DNA from: Octopus sinensis
Taxonomy: Eukaryota
Length of the DNA stretch: 64,000 nucleotides
Assembly (NCBI RefSeq): GCF_006345805.1
Contig: NC_043020.1
Coordinates: 5,828,001 to 5,892,000, forward strand
Direction: 5' to 3'
Shown: positions 11,758-23,586 of the stretch, in pieces
How positions within the stretch are numbered: position 1 is the first letter of the stretch
Layout: each line of letters opens with the position of its first letter
The notes under the pieces: generated by a model
The model's input: only the letters and a program-made list of their open reading frames with translations
Database searches by the model: none
Told to the model about the DNA's origin: nothing
Program-made: the position numbers and the translations under genes

Positions 11758-12119
11758 CTCTTTACTTTTTTACTTGTTTCAGTCATTTGACTGCGGCCAT
11801 GCTGGAGCATCGCCTTTAGTTGAGCAAATCAACCCCAGAGCTTATTCTTTGTTAGTCTAGTACTTATTCTATCAGTCTCTTTTGCTGAACCGCTAAGTTA
11901 CAGGGATGTAAACACATCAGCATCAGTTGTGAAGCGATGTTGGGGGACAAACATATACACACACACATGTATATATACGACGGGCTTCTTTCAGTTTCTG
12001 TCTACCAAATCCACTCATAGCGCTTTGGTTGGCCCGAGGCTATAGTAGAAGACACTTGCCCAAGGTGCCACACATGTGGTTGGTAAGCAAGCTACTTACC
12101 ACACAGCCACTCCTGCGCT
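11757..12119 (-). mobile_element. SINE family A
   Basis: Full head-to-tail match to the family consensus seen elsewhere in the window. Confidence 0.85.
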
Positions 12120-12908
12120 TAGATATTAATTGAAGTGTACAGTATTTTATATCCATTACAGCCAATCTTACCATTCAGGTTCACACTAAGGGTTGAATTG
12201 GATATTGCCATGACTGCTAACTCTGAAGAGTGCAGGGTTTCATAATAGGGCTGTTACCTAATATGTCATTGAACACTTAGTGTGAAACCGATTAGTAAGA
12301 TCTGCCATAATGGAAATATAGTATTGTACACTTCGATTACTTTACCCACTCTATTGACAAATATATGAGTGTATACTTTTTCTGACTTGTAGTTTCTTAG
12401 ACGCTGTATATATGATTACATTTTCTTTAACCGTTTCACACACACACATTGTGTTTGGGGAGTCATTCTGTTTTAAAGACCTTAGAATAAATAAGTAAAT
12501 GATTGAAATTGAACTGGTGAGTGGGTTAATTAATAAGGGTATTAAAACACAATGACTCTCCCCATACAATAAAATTTGCTTTAACACACGAATTCACATA
12601 AAGAATCTTGCAAACCAAATACAAAAACGAAACACACACACACACACACGCATATAATGTGTGTATGTGTGTCTTTATGTTGTGTTTGTCCCCCATCTCT
12701 GCGTGATAACCGGTGTTGGTTTGTTTACGGTTCAGCAAAAGAGACTGATCGAATAAATAAAAAAAAAAGAAAAGCGTTGGCAGTGGTTGGTGGGGGTGAG
12801 GAGAAGGGGTCGATGTATTCGACCAAAACCTTTTCAATGTGGTATCCCCTAATAAGGCCGCAGTCCAGTGACTGAAGCATCTTAAAGACGAGGGATAAAC
12901 TGTTTTAG

Positions 12909-13732
12909 GATCTTTTCGGTTTGAACGGCAGTTTTTTCTAGCGGTGTCATATGAAATTGTCACCCATAATTATGACCCTAGTATCGATCTATAGCATTTC
13001 AATCTGTTTTAGGGTTAGGGTTGGTTAGGGTTAAGGGTGGGGGGAAGGGTATCTTGTTTTCTTCAGAAATGTAAATAAACCCAATCTGTTTCTTAAACGA
13101 GGGACATTTTTATACGGCACAGAATGTTTTCACCTCAATAGACGTCATTGATTGGTTGTAATTGCAGAAATTGAAGAAAAAAAGAACAACAAATATCTTT
13201 GGCTGTGTGGTAAGTAGCTTGCTTACGAACCACATGGTTCCGGGTTCAGTCCCACTGCGTGGCACCTTGGGTAAGTGTCTTCTACTATAGCCTCAGGCCG
13301 ACCAGAGCCTTGTGAGTGGATTTGGTAGACGGAAACTGAAAGAAGCCCGCCTTATATATATGTATATATATATATGTGTGTGTGCGTGTTTGCCCCCCCA
13401 ACATTGCTTGGCAACCGATGATGGTGTGTTTACGTCCCCGTCACTTAGCGGTTCGGCAAAAAAGTGACCGATAAAATAAGTACTAGGCTTACAAAGAATA
13501 AGTTCCGGGGTCGATTTGATCGACTAAAGGCGGTGCTCCAGCATGGCCGCAGTCAAATGACTGAAACAAGTAAAAGAGAGTAGAGTATCTTACAAACTAT
13601 AGAATTTTCTCAATAAAGCCAAGAGAAAAAAAGATGTTTTGTAAACACATTCTACCAGTATACGAAGTTTAAAATTTTTTAGTTACGTGGAAATTATTTA
13701 AAAAAAAAACTGCCGGTCAAACCGAAAAGATC
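12909..13732. mobile_element. Non-autonomous TIR DNA transposon carrying a nested SINE
   Basis: TIRs gatcttttcggtttgaacggcagtttttt / aaaaaactgccggtcaaaccgaaaagatc; internal (TTAGGG)-like tract at about 13008-13035. Confidence 0.75.
13201..13585 (+). mobile_element. SINE family A inserted into the TIR element
   Basis: Head GGCTGTGTGG..GGTTCAGTCCC and tail GAAACAAGTAAAAGAG; flanking direct repeat tatctt at 13194-13199 and 13586-13591. Confidence 0.9.
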
Positions 13733-13844
13733 TCTGCTTTATTTTTAGAACGTGCTTATTTCTTTCCTACGTAATTTATCAACCAAATTCTACAAATTTA
13801 AGTTGTCCGCCTCCTCTTCACCCCCCCACCGCTGCCATACTCAC

Positions 13845-13969
13845 TTTATACATACTTAACTGCTATATATAAAGCAACAAGTCCATTGAGCGACAGACAC
13901 TCTTATCTTTAAATTAGTGTCAATATAAAAATGCCCGTTTTCTTTTTTTACAAAAGCTGGATTAATTAA
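13845..13969. promoter_or_regulatory. Candidate divergent (bidirectional) first-exon/promoter region
   Basis: Minus-strand donor AAA|GTGAGT (intron starts 13844) and plus-strand donor TAA|GTAAGT (intron starts 13970) point outward, with TATATATAAAG between them, in non-repetitive, locally CpG-containing DNA. Confidence 0.25.
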
Positions 13970-14330
13970 GTAAGTACATTTACGATAATTTTAAATACTA
14001 TCCATTGTAAATAACAATTAATTAGTCGTTTTAAAAAATACTGGAGTAGTTTTTAATTAACGATACAGTTTTGTGTTGTAATTAATAATGACAATATCTT
14101 GTTACATATATATCCACTGTGCAAACATACGGCGTGTTCCTAAGTTTTATCAGGATTTATTTCGGGATGTTTGCTTTGATATTTGACTGTGGGGAAATCT
14201 CTGTAAACTTATAAGACAATTATAAATATCAGTATAAACTTATTTAAGCCACATGTGACGAACAACCACCGCCTGTAAAAAAATTAAAAAAAGAGAGGGG
14301 TGACCACATAGAAACGATATGTTGATGTTT

Positions 14331-14751
14331 GGCGATCTTTCGTCTCTAGTAGACCTTTCCGTCGATTTCCGTAGAAAAAATTTTTTCTTTTACATATGGG
14401 CTTGCGGGAACTTTTGAAGTAATATACATACATATACACATACACCGAGTAAAAAATTTCAGTTGTCTCTCTCTTTCACACATTACTCTGTCTCTTCACA
14501 CACACTAACAGAAGCACTTCACTTACACAACATACTGTCTGTCTCCCACACCCCATCAAACACACACACACACACACACATGTACATCATGCACGGTAAC
14601 TTCAAAAGAACTTCCCTCGTCATACAATCGCTTTCTCTTAGTCTCTTTCGCTCTCATTACTTCAAAAGTTCCCGCAAGCCCATATGTAAAAAAAAAATAA
14701 AATTTTTTTACGGAAATCGACGGAAAGGTCCACTAGAGACGAAAGATTGCC
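14331..14751. mobile_element. MITE with about 93-bp TIRs and an 8-bp TSD
   Basis: 14331-14423 is the reverse complement of 14656-14751. tgatgttt lies immediately outside both ends (14323-14330 and 14752-14759). Termini GGC..GCC. Confidence 0.88.
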
Positions 14752-15449
14752 TGATGTTTTGTTGTTTATAAAACCAAATGTACAACAGTAATTAAAGTTA
14801 GTTTAATCACAAGCACCTTCAGTGGTTCATAAAATTTACACTACATATCTTCGGAATCCCCGAAGGTCTATAAAAATTCTAAGGTGTGTTGTATTACGTC
14901 TATAGAAATGTACCATGTACCATAAAACGGTCATTAACTCGGTTTAATTAATAATTAATGCTTTTAGTCACTTACGCGACGAGAATTTGTCAGTCGGATG
15001 AATGTATCGTGTTTCTGTTTTCAAGTTGTACTTATTCAACAATTTCAGTTAATATTAGATACTTTTTTTTTTCTCTTTTTAATAATTCAATAATCGCCGA
15101 TGTGTGCCCTTCCCCTTCGCTCTATATCCTCATAAGTTCCTTAAAAATCAATATTTTTTAACGAGATTTTCCAGATGTATATTTCGGATGGTGTAAATTA
15201 CAATTGTGTGGGAGGAGGGGAAAACTGAAAACAAAATTTTTTATTTCTTTTAGGATTGTTCTCTCACCTTACCCCCGTACAATATTCGGTACTTTGTGGT
15301 TATCTCACCCCTATTAAAAAAATCGGGTTATCTACCCACAAAAAAAAAAAAAAAAAAATCGAGTTACTGTGACAAGAGATTGAATTTAAAGGGATAGATC
15401 CTTATTCAACACATTGTTGACGTTTGGGCCCCCTCAATAGGTATGTTAT

Positions 15450-15674
15450 CTCTCTTTTTTCTCTTTTTACTTGTTTCGGTCATTTTGACTGCGGCCATGC
15501 TGGTGCACCGTCTTTAATCGAGCAACTCGACCCCGGGACTTATTCTTTTGTAAGCCCAGTACTTATTCTATCGGTCTCTTTTGCCGAACCACTAAGTAAC
15601 AGGGACATAAACACACCAGCATCGGTTGTCAAGCAATGCTAGAGGGACAAACACACACACAAACATACACGCAC

Positions 15675-15720
<46 letters not shown>

Positions 15721-15889
15721 ATATACGACAGGCTTCTTTCAGTTTCCGTCTACCAAATCCACTCACAAGGCTTTGGTCGACCCGAGTCTATAGTAGAAGA
15801 CACTTGCCCAAGGTGCCACGCATTGGGACTGAACCCGGAACCATGTGGTTGGTAAACAAGCTACTTACCACACAGCCACTCCTTCGCCT
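15450..15889 (-). mobile_element. SINE family A
   Basis: Full-length copy with a central (CA)/(TA) tract. Confidence 0.88.
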
Positions 15890-16326
15890 TTGATTTGTTA
15901 TAAAAATATCAGATTCATTAAAATGTTTCATCTTTTCATGTTTATTAATTTTTTCCTTTTTTTTCTTCTTTTATTGAGGGTTGAACATTTTTTCTTTAGT
16001 TGAGGGAGATAACCAAAAGTACCGATATTTCTCGTAAAACGGTGGGAGACAACCCAATTTTTTAATGGGGGTGAGATAACCAAAAAGTACCATTGATCCC
16101 CAGTACGCAACTGGTACTTAATTCATCGATTCCAAAAGGATGAAAAACAAAGTCGGCCTTGGTGGAATTTGAACTTGGGAAGTAAAGATAGTTGGTTCCG
16201 GGTTCAGTCCCACTGCGTGGCATCTTGGGCAAGTGTCTTCTGCTATAGCCCTGGGCCGACCAATTGCCTTGTGAGTGGATTTGGTAGACGGAAACTGAAA
16301 GAAGCCTGTCGTATATATGTGTATGT

Positions 16327-16364
<38 letters not shown>

Positions 16365-17028
16365 CTGTGTTTGTCCCCCTAGCATCACTTGACAACCGAT
16401 GCTGGTGTGTTTACGTCCCCGTCACTTAGCGGTTCGGCAAAAGAGGTCGATAGAATAAGTATTGGGCTTACAAAGAATAAGTCCCGCCTTTTTTTACCCT
16501 GCATACCCATGTTTCTGCCAGCTCGTAACTACATATGTTTTTATAATCAAAATTTCCATAATTATTTTCAACGATTAGATGGCAATTATGGTAAAATCTC
16601 GGAGGGAAAAAACAAAAAGCTTTTTTTTTTTTTTAAAGTGTGGGAGGAGTTCCGGATCACCCCAACCTGTTATTTTCAGTTTAAATTTTTTATTTCCTGA
16701 AAATTTTGCTTACGCAATAATGGTTTCCACTATCAGCATAAGGCCAGCAATTTTGAAAAGAAGTATTTATGGATATTATTGACACATTGTTACTTTATTT
16801 TATCGATCCTGAAAACGTAAAGGGCAAAGTCAGCTTGGTCCCTTATTTGCCTGTGTAATAAAATCTTTCTGCTGTAGAAATAAAGGCAGAAATTTTGGAG
16901 GAAAGGACAAAGTCGATTACATTGAATCCTGTCTGTGACTTGGTATCTATTTTATTGACCCTGAAAGGATGAAAGACAAAGTCAACCTCTGCGGAATTTG
17001 AATTGAAAATAATAATAATAATAATAAT

Positions 17029-17398
17029 AACAAGAGCATTCAGAGAGTGCAAACCTCCGCCAAGGCAACACCAACATCCTGTTAACGATTAGCCAGAGAT
17101 GATTTTTAAAATGAGAATATCTGATATAAACTCAACAGTTCTTACAAATGAGAATACTAAAAATGAACCCAACCACTATCTCAAAAATGAAGTAAAAAAA
17201 ACAGGAAAACTAATCCAGAATCTTTTTCGGTACTGGATCGATTCCAAAATCTAATCAGTTCATGCCAGTCATGAGGCCAAACATCCCTGAAAGTGTCATC
17301 TGAATCCATCCAGTGGTTCTTGAGATATCTTTTCCACAGACAAACAAACAAACATGACTGAAAACAATGCCTCCACCTTCGTTAAGGTGGAGGTAATA
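17029..17398. mobile_element. HINE/DINE-1-like non-autonomous Helentron
   Basis: Subterminal cctccgcc (17054-17061), terminal hairpin cctccacc-ttcgttaa-ggtggagg (17370-17393), ACAA microsatellite near the hairpin, A/T-rich ends. Confidence 0.6.
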
Positions 17399-17399
17399 A

Positions 17400-18420
17400 T
17401 AATCCTTTCTACTATAGGCAAAAGGCCTGAAAATTTGGGAAAGGAGGCTAATCAATTACATTGACTCCAGTGCATAACTGGTAATTATTTCATCGACCCC
17501 TGAAAGAATGAAAGGCTAAGTCGACCATGGTGGAATTTGAACTCAGAACATAAGGATGGATGAAATGCCAGTAAGCATTTTGCCTGGTGTGCTAATGATT
17601 CTGCCAGCTCACTGCCTTAATAATAATGATAATAATAATCCTTTCTACTATAAGCATCACTTATAGTAGAAGTTTGGGGCAAGGGACTAGTCGATTACAT
17701 TGACCCTAGTGCTTGACTGGTACTTAATTGACCCCGAAAGGATGAAAGGCAAAGTTGACCTTGGCAGAATTTAAACTTGGAATGATTCTGCCAACTCGCT
17801 GCCTTAATAATAATAATAATAATTATTATTATTATTTCAAATTTTTGCCACAAGGGCAGCTTGGTGGAGGGGATTAAGTCGATTATATCAACTCCAGTGC
17901 ATAACTGGTATTTCATCGACCCTGAAAGGATGAAAGGCCAAGTTGATCTCGGTGGAATTTGAACATAGAACGTAAGGACGGATGAAATACTGCAAAGCAT
18001 TTTGCCCAGCATGCTAACAATTCTGCCAGCTTGCCACCTTATTAATAATAATAATCCTTTCTACTGTAGACAGAAAGCTTGAAGTTTTGGGGGAAACAGG
18101 CTAGTCAATTACATCGACCCCCAGTACTCGAATAATACTAAAACGTAAACCCTGATATAATTTAAACTTGGGACGTAATGGGTAGGAAGAATTACTGGAA
18201 TTTTTTTTTTTCTGACAATGATGATTTTGCCAGCTTGCCACATTTGGATTGAAATTTTAGTACAAGGCCAGCAAATTTAAGGGAGGAGGTGAGTTGATTA
18301 CATCACCCTCAATACTCAGCTGGTATTTTATTTAATCCACCCCTAAAGGATGTATGGCAAAGTCGACCATGTTGGAATTTGAACTCAGAATGTAAAGTCA
18401 GATGAAATGCCATGAAGCAC
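17400..18420 (-). mobile_element. Cluster of decayed SINE family B copies
   Basis: Repeated cgaccc(c)gaaaggatgaaaggcaaagtcgacc..ggaatttgaactcagaa units separated by (AAT)n; similar cluster at 48040-48720. Confidence 0.75.
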
Positions 18421-19067
18421 TTTAGCATCTGGCATCTTTTCACTTTTCAATTCCTTTAATTCTGTTCCAATTTTAAATTTTGTGTATTGATGCAGTTTTG
18501 CATGCTGATTATGGAAATGAAATTCATTTTTATTGTAAATTAATATGTAAAAAGTTATTAGCTTCTAAAGTTTGCAAATTTGGGGTAATTTTAGGCAATT
18601 GAAAACCACAGACACATTGGTACTTGTTTCCATAGTAAGAAGCCAAGCTGGTATCTGCTTAAGACTACTGCAACCACTGCACACCTATATACTGAACATT
18701 TGTTTTTGAAAATTTTTGCTGCAAAGAATATATTGTTTTTCAAGATTGGTCATTTTTCAGGCTGAATCTGATTCTATCATTCACTTGTTCCAGAAAAGTT
18801 TCAGAAAAATGTTCACTAAAAATATTTTACTAATTGATTAACCCCCGGGTCATCCACTGGTTGGACTGACCTTAAACCAACCTTTACCCCAAGCCAACCC
18901 TTAACCCCAGCCCTAAGCACTCTTTCATCTTTAGCAGCTAGCTTTAACCTTAAACTTCAACTCTAAACCCTAATTTTAACCCTAAACTCTTACACTAAAC
19001 CTTAAACCCTAGCTCCAACCCTAGTGTATCTCAAACTTTGGTTTTTGAATTTCAGCTATTATTTACA

Positions 19068-20462
19068 CTAGTGAATCTATCCATCTATGATGGAGGCATA
19101 AAATGAGGGAGGGAAGTCATAACAGCATTATGTATTGAGAAATATGTAAATGGACTTTGATAGGATTACTGGGTGTTGTCTTAGAGAATTCACATTATTG
19201 TTGGTGATACAGCATTCTGTTGCAGCTAATGGCATGTGATGACGATTCACTCCCAAACTGACATAGACTCCCAGCCTCTGTATCAGGAATGGTTATGTGG
19301 ACCACTCCTAACGAAAGCCATTCTTCCTTCGACCATTACACAAAAAGTATTAAGGAGAAACTGTTATTTAGATATACTTTTTTCCTTATTTAAATTACGA
19401 ATCCTATTCCTTTCGATAATATCAATATGATTACAAAGCTTCTTTGTAGACGATATTTTCTGTTTGGTCGACGCTAATTTTCAAATTACTGGAGTCCGTT
19501 GCTCCACTCATAATGATGTATAATTGGCCATGTGTAAACACCGGAGTGGGTAAAAATACACCTACGTGATTTAAAGTCTGGCCCTGGGCCTTGTTTGCTG
19601 TGAATGCGCAAGCAGAATCTTTAGGGTGCAAAAAATCAAATTAAGACTTACCCCTCACTGTTCAATGCGAATAATGTCTGGATGTTCTGGTACCATGGGT
19701 TATTTTGATTGACAAAACTGAGATGTAAACAACAGCTGCTTCGATTAGCCATTTCGAATCTTGCTTAAGACTGACACACTCCAATAATTACTAAATCACT
19801 CATACTATATATTGACATGCACTTTTTCCATTTTATTTCCACTATTAACCGTCCTCGCGATCCCCTTCATATCTATAATGGGGCCACAAACTATAGAATG
19901 AAAATCCAGAGTTACTCGTGGTCAGTGAATTTTTAATAAAAATGTGAAAGTGGTTTATCAATTCAAAAATTGATATCCACAAAATAATCAAACTTTCTGA
20001 TTTTTTAATGCTAAAATCTTCCTGACGACTGTCTTTGCAATCCCAAAAAATATCATAACCATTGGTCCAGCTCTCTGGCCGTGAAGAAGGTACAGACAAA
20101 GAGATGGACAGAAGGATGGACATAACACCCATTATAGTAAGATAGCAAATCTGCCCATCTATGATGGGCAATGAAGGGATAGTATCACAAATCTAAACCC
20201 TCTAAATTCACAAACTATATGGGGTGGAAATCCAGAGTTAATCCTCGTTGCTGGAATTTTAACAAAAAAAATAATCAAAGGTGATTTATTAATACAAAAC
20301 TCAATATCCACTAAATAATCATACTTTTTCACATTTTTTCGCTAAAAACTTTCCTGATTATCTCCTCTGTAATCCCAAAAAATATGATGACCATTGGTCC
20401 AGCCATTTGACCGTGAGGAGGGACCAGACAGGCAGACGGACATAAGACCCATTATAGTAAGA
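19068..20462 (-). mobile_element. Tandem Helitron remnants; the longer unit retains the PIF1 helicase C-terminus
   Basis: Minus-strand A|TC starts at 20462 and 20142. CCATC-ata-GATGG hairpins lie at 20152-20170 and 19081-19093, and a CTAG|T end at 19071-19068. ORF 19431-19631 AFTANKAQGQTL..VGVFLPTPVFTHGQLYIIMS..TENIVYKEAL matches the Helitron helicase terminal motifs. Confidence 0.82.
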
Positions 20463-20771
20463 TAAACTGGACTACAGTAGTATAGTATACAGGGTGTTTT
20501 GGTAATTTTTGCCCCCTTCCCTCAAACCCATTAAGGATTTTCCCCTTTTATATTGCCAGTTCTAACGTTTCACATGACTTTATTCATTCAAACTTACTGG
20601 AACTTGTGAAACATCTTATAATTTCCATCATCGTAATATGTTACTTTCATTTTGTTTGATAAAAGTTATTATGCAGAAAATGTCAGCTTTCAAATCCTGC
20701 TTTGTGATTGCGTAAGAATAGTCGAAATTAAAACTGCTGTAAAATTTTTCTGGGAAAAGTGAATAACATAT

Positions 20772-21145
20772 AGGCGCAGGAGTGGCTGTGTGGTAGGTAG
20801 CTTGCTAACCAACCACATGGTTCCGGGTTCAGTCCCACTGCGTGGCATCTTGGGCAAGTGTCTTCTGCTATAGCTCCGGGCCGACCAATGCCTTGTGAGT
20901 AGATTTGGTAGACAGAAACTGAAAGAAGCCTGTCGTATATATATATATGCGTGTGTGTCTGTGTTTGTCCCCCTAGCATTGCTTGACAACTGATGCTGGT
21001 GTGTTTACATCCCCGTCACTTAGCGGTTCGGCAAAAAAGACCGATAGAATAAGTACTGGGCTTACAAAGAATAAGTCCCGGGGTCGATTTGCTCGACTAA
21101 AGGCGGTGCTCCAGCATGGCCGCAGTCAAATGACTGAAACATGTA
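20772..21145 (+). mobile_element. SINE family A, full length
   Basis: GGCGCAGGAGTGGCTGTGTGG (A box), GGTTCAGTCCC (B box), tail cagcatggccgcagtcaaatgactgaaac. Further copies at about 16192-16486(+), 22615-22996(-), 32466-32790(+), 42428-43046(-), 44640-45142(-), 48848-49243(-), 49480-49880(-) and 60685-61020(-). Confidence 0.9.
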
Positions 21146-22138
21146 AAAAAAAAAAAACATCTTCAGATTTGAAATATCAAATTTTAAAATTTTCACTTGA
21201 TTTTAGTATTTCAAAAAGTGAAAGTGAAGCAGAAAAGATCCGCATTTTGTCCAACATGCTAACAATTCAGCCAACTTGCATCCTTAAATAATTATAACAA
21301 CAACAACAATAACAAGTGGTTTATTGAAATTCTACATTTTATTAATTTTCTTATTTTCTATTTTGATACATAAGTTTGTAGATATTCATAACGTTCTTTA
21401 TTAGGGATAAAAGCAGAAAGAATAAAATTTCAACAGCTGTTTCATTAAGATAAACATCCTAAAATATATCATTACGTAATTGTGATACATGATTTCAATT
21501 AATTTAAAAGCTGTGTCTTTCCAAATCATCAGAAATATTATGTTATGTTAATAAGAACCCTTGTTTATTATGTTGAGTTTCTGATTCATTTCGTAGACCA
21601 TTTTGTTGAAAGCAAGGAAACTCTGTTGTGTCTCTGATTTTGTTCCATACTTAAGTTTGTTAAATCATACCACTAATATGTTAAAATTTTTTTTAAAATT
21701 CTGTCCCCACTTTTGTTCCATAGTTTGTTGAAATTGCAACACTCAAATATATTCTTTATTTTACTCTCTTTACTGGTTTCAGCTCTATTTCTGCGGCCAT
21801 GCTAAGGCACTGCTGCTTACATATCACATTATGATAAAAAAAAAAATATTTCGAATATGTCCCCGATTTAGTCCCATAGTTAAATTTACTGAAACCATAT
21901 ATGCAAACATGTATCGCGGTTAAAAATTTTGATTAGGCTTGGCTGTGTGGTTAGATAGAAGCTTGCTTTCCAATCACGTGGTTCCAGGTTCAGTTCCCAT
22001 TGCATAGTATCTTGTGCAGGTGTCTTCTACTATAGCTCCAATATAGCCCCAGGCCAATCAATACCTTCTGAGTGGATTTAGTTGACAGAAAAGGAATTAT
22101 ATCTACAGTATATATATGTATGTATATATATATATATG

Positions 22139-22187
<49 letters not shown>

Positions 22188-22261
22188 ATATAATAATAAA
22201 TATTAGGGAATAAATCCAAATTTACAGATTTAGGATTGAATCCAATTTTATAGTAAAATAT

Positions 22262-22484
22262 TATATAATATTAATTAGAGATAAAACCACTATTTTGCAA
22301 ATCAAACAAAGAAAGACTTAATCCAATACATAAAACAATTTTAATATAAATTAAATAAAATTATATAAAATTATATAAAATTATAATTTTATTTAATTTA
22401 TATTAAAATTGTTTTATGTATTGGATTAAGTCTTTCTTTGTTTGATTTGCAAAATAGTGGTTTTGTCTCTAATGAATATTATAT
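22262..22484. repeat. Long AT-rich palindrome (about 105-bp arms, 14-nt spacer)
   Basis: aaaaccactattttgcaaatcaaacaaag..aaaattata (to 22367) is mirrored by tataatttt..gcaaaatagtggtttt (from 22382); embedded between (TA)n tracts. Confidence 0.9.
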
Positions 22485-22485
22485 G

Positions 22486-22538
<53 letters not shown>

Positions 22539-23343
22539 CACACACACACACACACATGCATTTGTCTTTGTCTCCCCCACCCACCACCACTTAACAACTG
22601 GCATTGGTTTATTCTTTTATTTGTTTCAGTCATGTGACTGTGGCTATGCTGGAGCACCGCCTTTAGTCGAGCAAATCAACCCCAGAGCTTATTCTTTAGA
22701 AGCCTAGTACTTATTCTACTGGCCTCTTTTGCCAAACCGCTAAGTTACGGGGACATAAACACACCAGCATTGGTTGTCAAGTGATGTTGCAGGGACAAAC
22801 ACAGATACACAAACATATTATGTACATATACAACAGGCTTCTTTCAGTTTCCGTCTACCAAATCCATTCAGAAGGCTTTGGTCGGCCTGAGGCTATAGTA
22901 GAAGACACTTGCCCAAGGTGCTATGCAGTGGAACTGAACCTGGGACCATGTGGTTGGTAAGCAAGCTTATTACCACACAGTCACTCCTGTGCCTGTAACT
23001 TAGCAATTTTGTCAAAAGCAACCGATAGAATTAGTACAAGACTATTTTTTTAAAAAAAGTACATGAGTTTGATGAAATCTTTTATCTTTTGCTTGTTTCA
23101 ATCATTGGGCTGAAACCATGTTGGGGGCATCATCTTGAAGGGTCCGGGTATAAAATATCCTGGGGAAAATATATTGTCAGTTAAATCAGGTCTCCGGTAT
23201 TTAACTGGTAGTATATTATATCAATCTCTGAAGGATGAATGGTAAAGTGGATTTTGGTGGAGTTGAACTCGCGATGAAATGTAACAAAGTACCACAAACA
23301 AATGGAAACAAAGTAATCAACATCAGTTTCTATAGAGACAGTG

Positions 23344-23586
23344 CAGTGATTCTCAATGTGGGCATATGCCCCACTGGTGAGGCCTGGGAAAATGTGTTTT
23401 TTTCTTAATCAATAATGTACTTTTTGTACTCAGTACTTAATGAAAGAGTTACTGATAGATTCTTTTGTATTAAATAATTGTGGTGAAATATTACAAATAA
23501 AATTTTTTTTCCAACTACCTGTGGGGCATAGATTTTCTGGAAAGTTTTAGTAGGGCCTGGGGGAAAAAATAGGTTGGGAAACACTG
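23344..23586. mobile_element. hAT-like MITE
   Basis: Ends CAGTGATTCTCAA / TTGGGAAACACTG; 8-bp flanks agacagtg / aggcagtg (7 of 8 identical). Confidence 0.75.

Noticed and set aside
3560-12240. Several minus-strand splice-bounded segments (about 3600-3720, 4110-4195, 8100-8210, 8460-8620, 9490-9585, 12170-12230) as further exons of the TIR-like gene
   Set aside because: Most have stops in all frames, and I could not chain them into a consistent ORF or recognise Ig/LRR/TM motifs.
14192-14201. GGGAAATCTC as an NF-kB site
   Set aside because: Imperfect single 10-mer, expected by chance.
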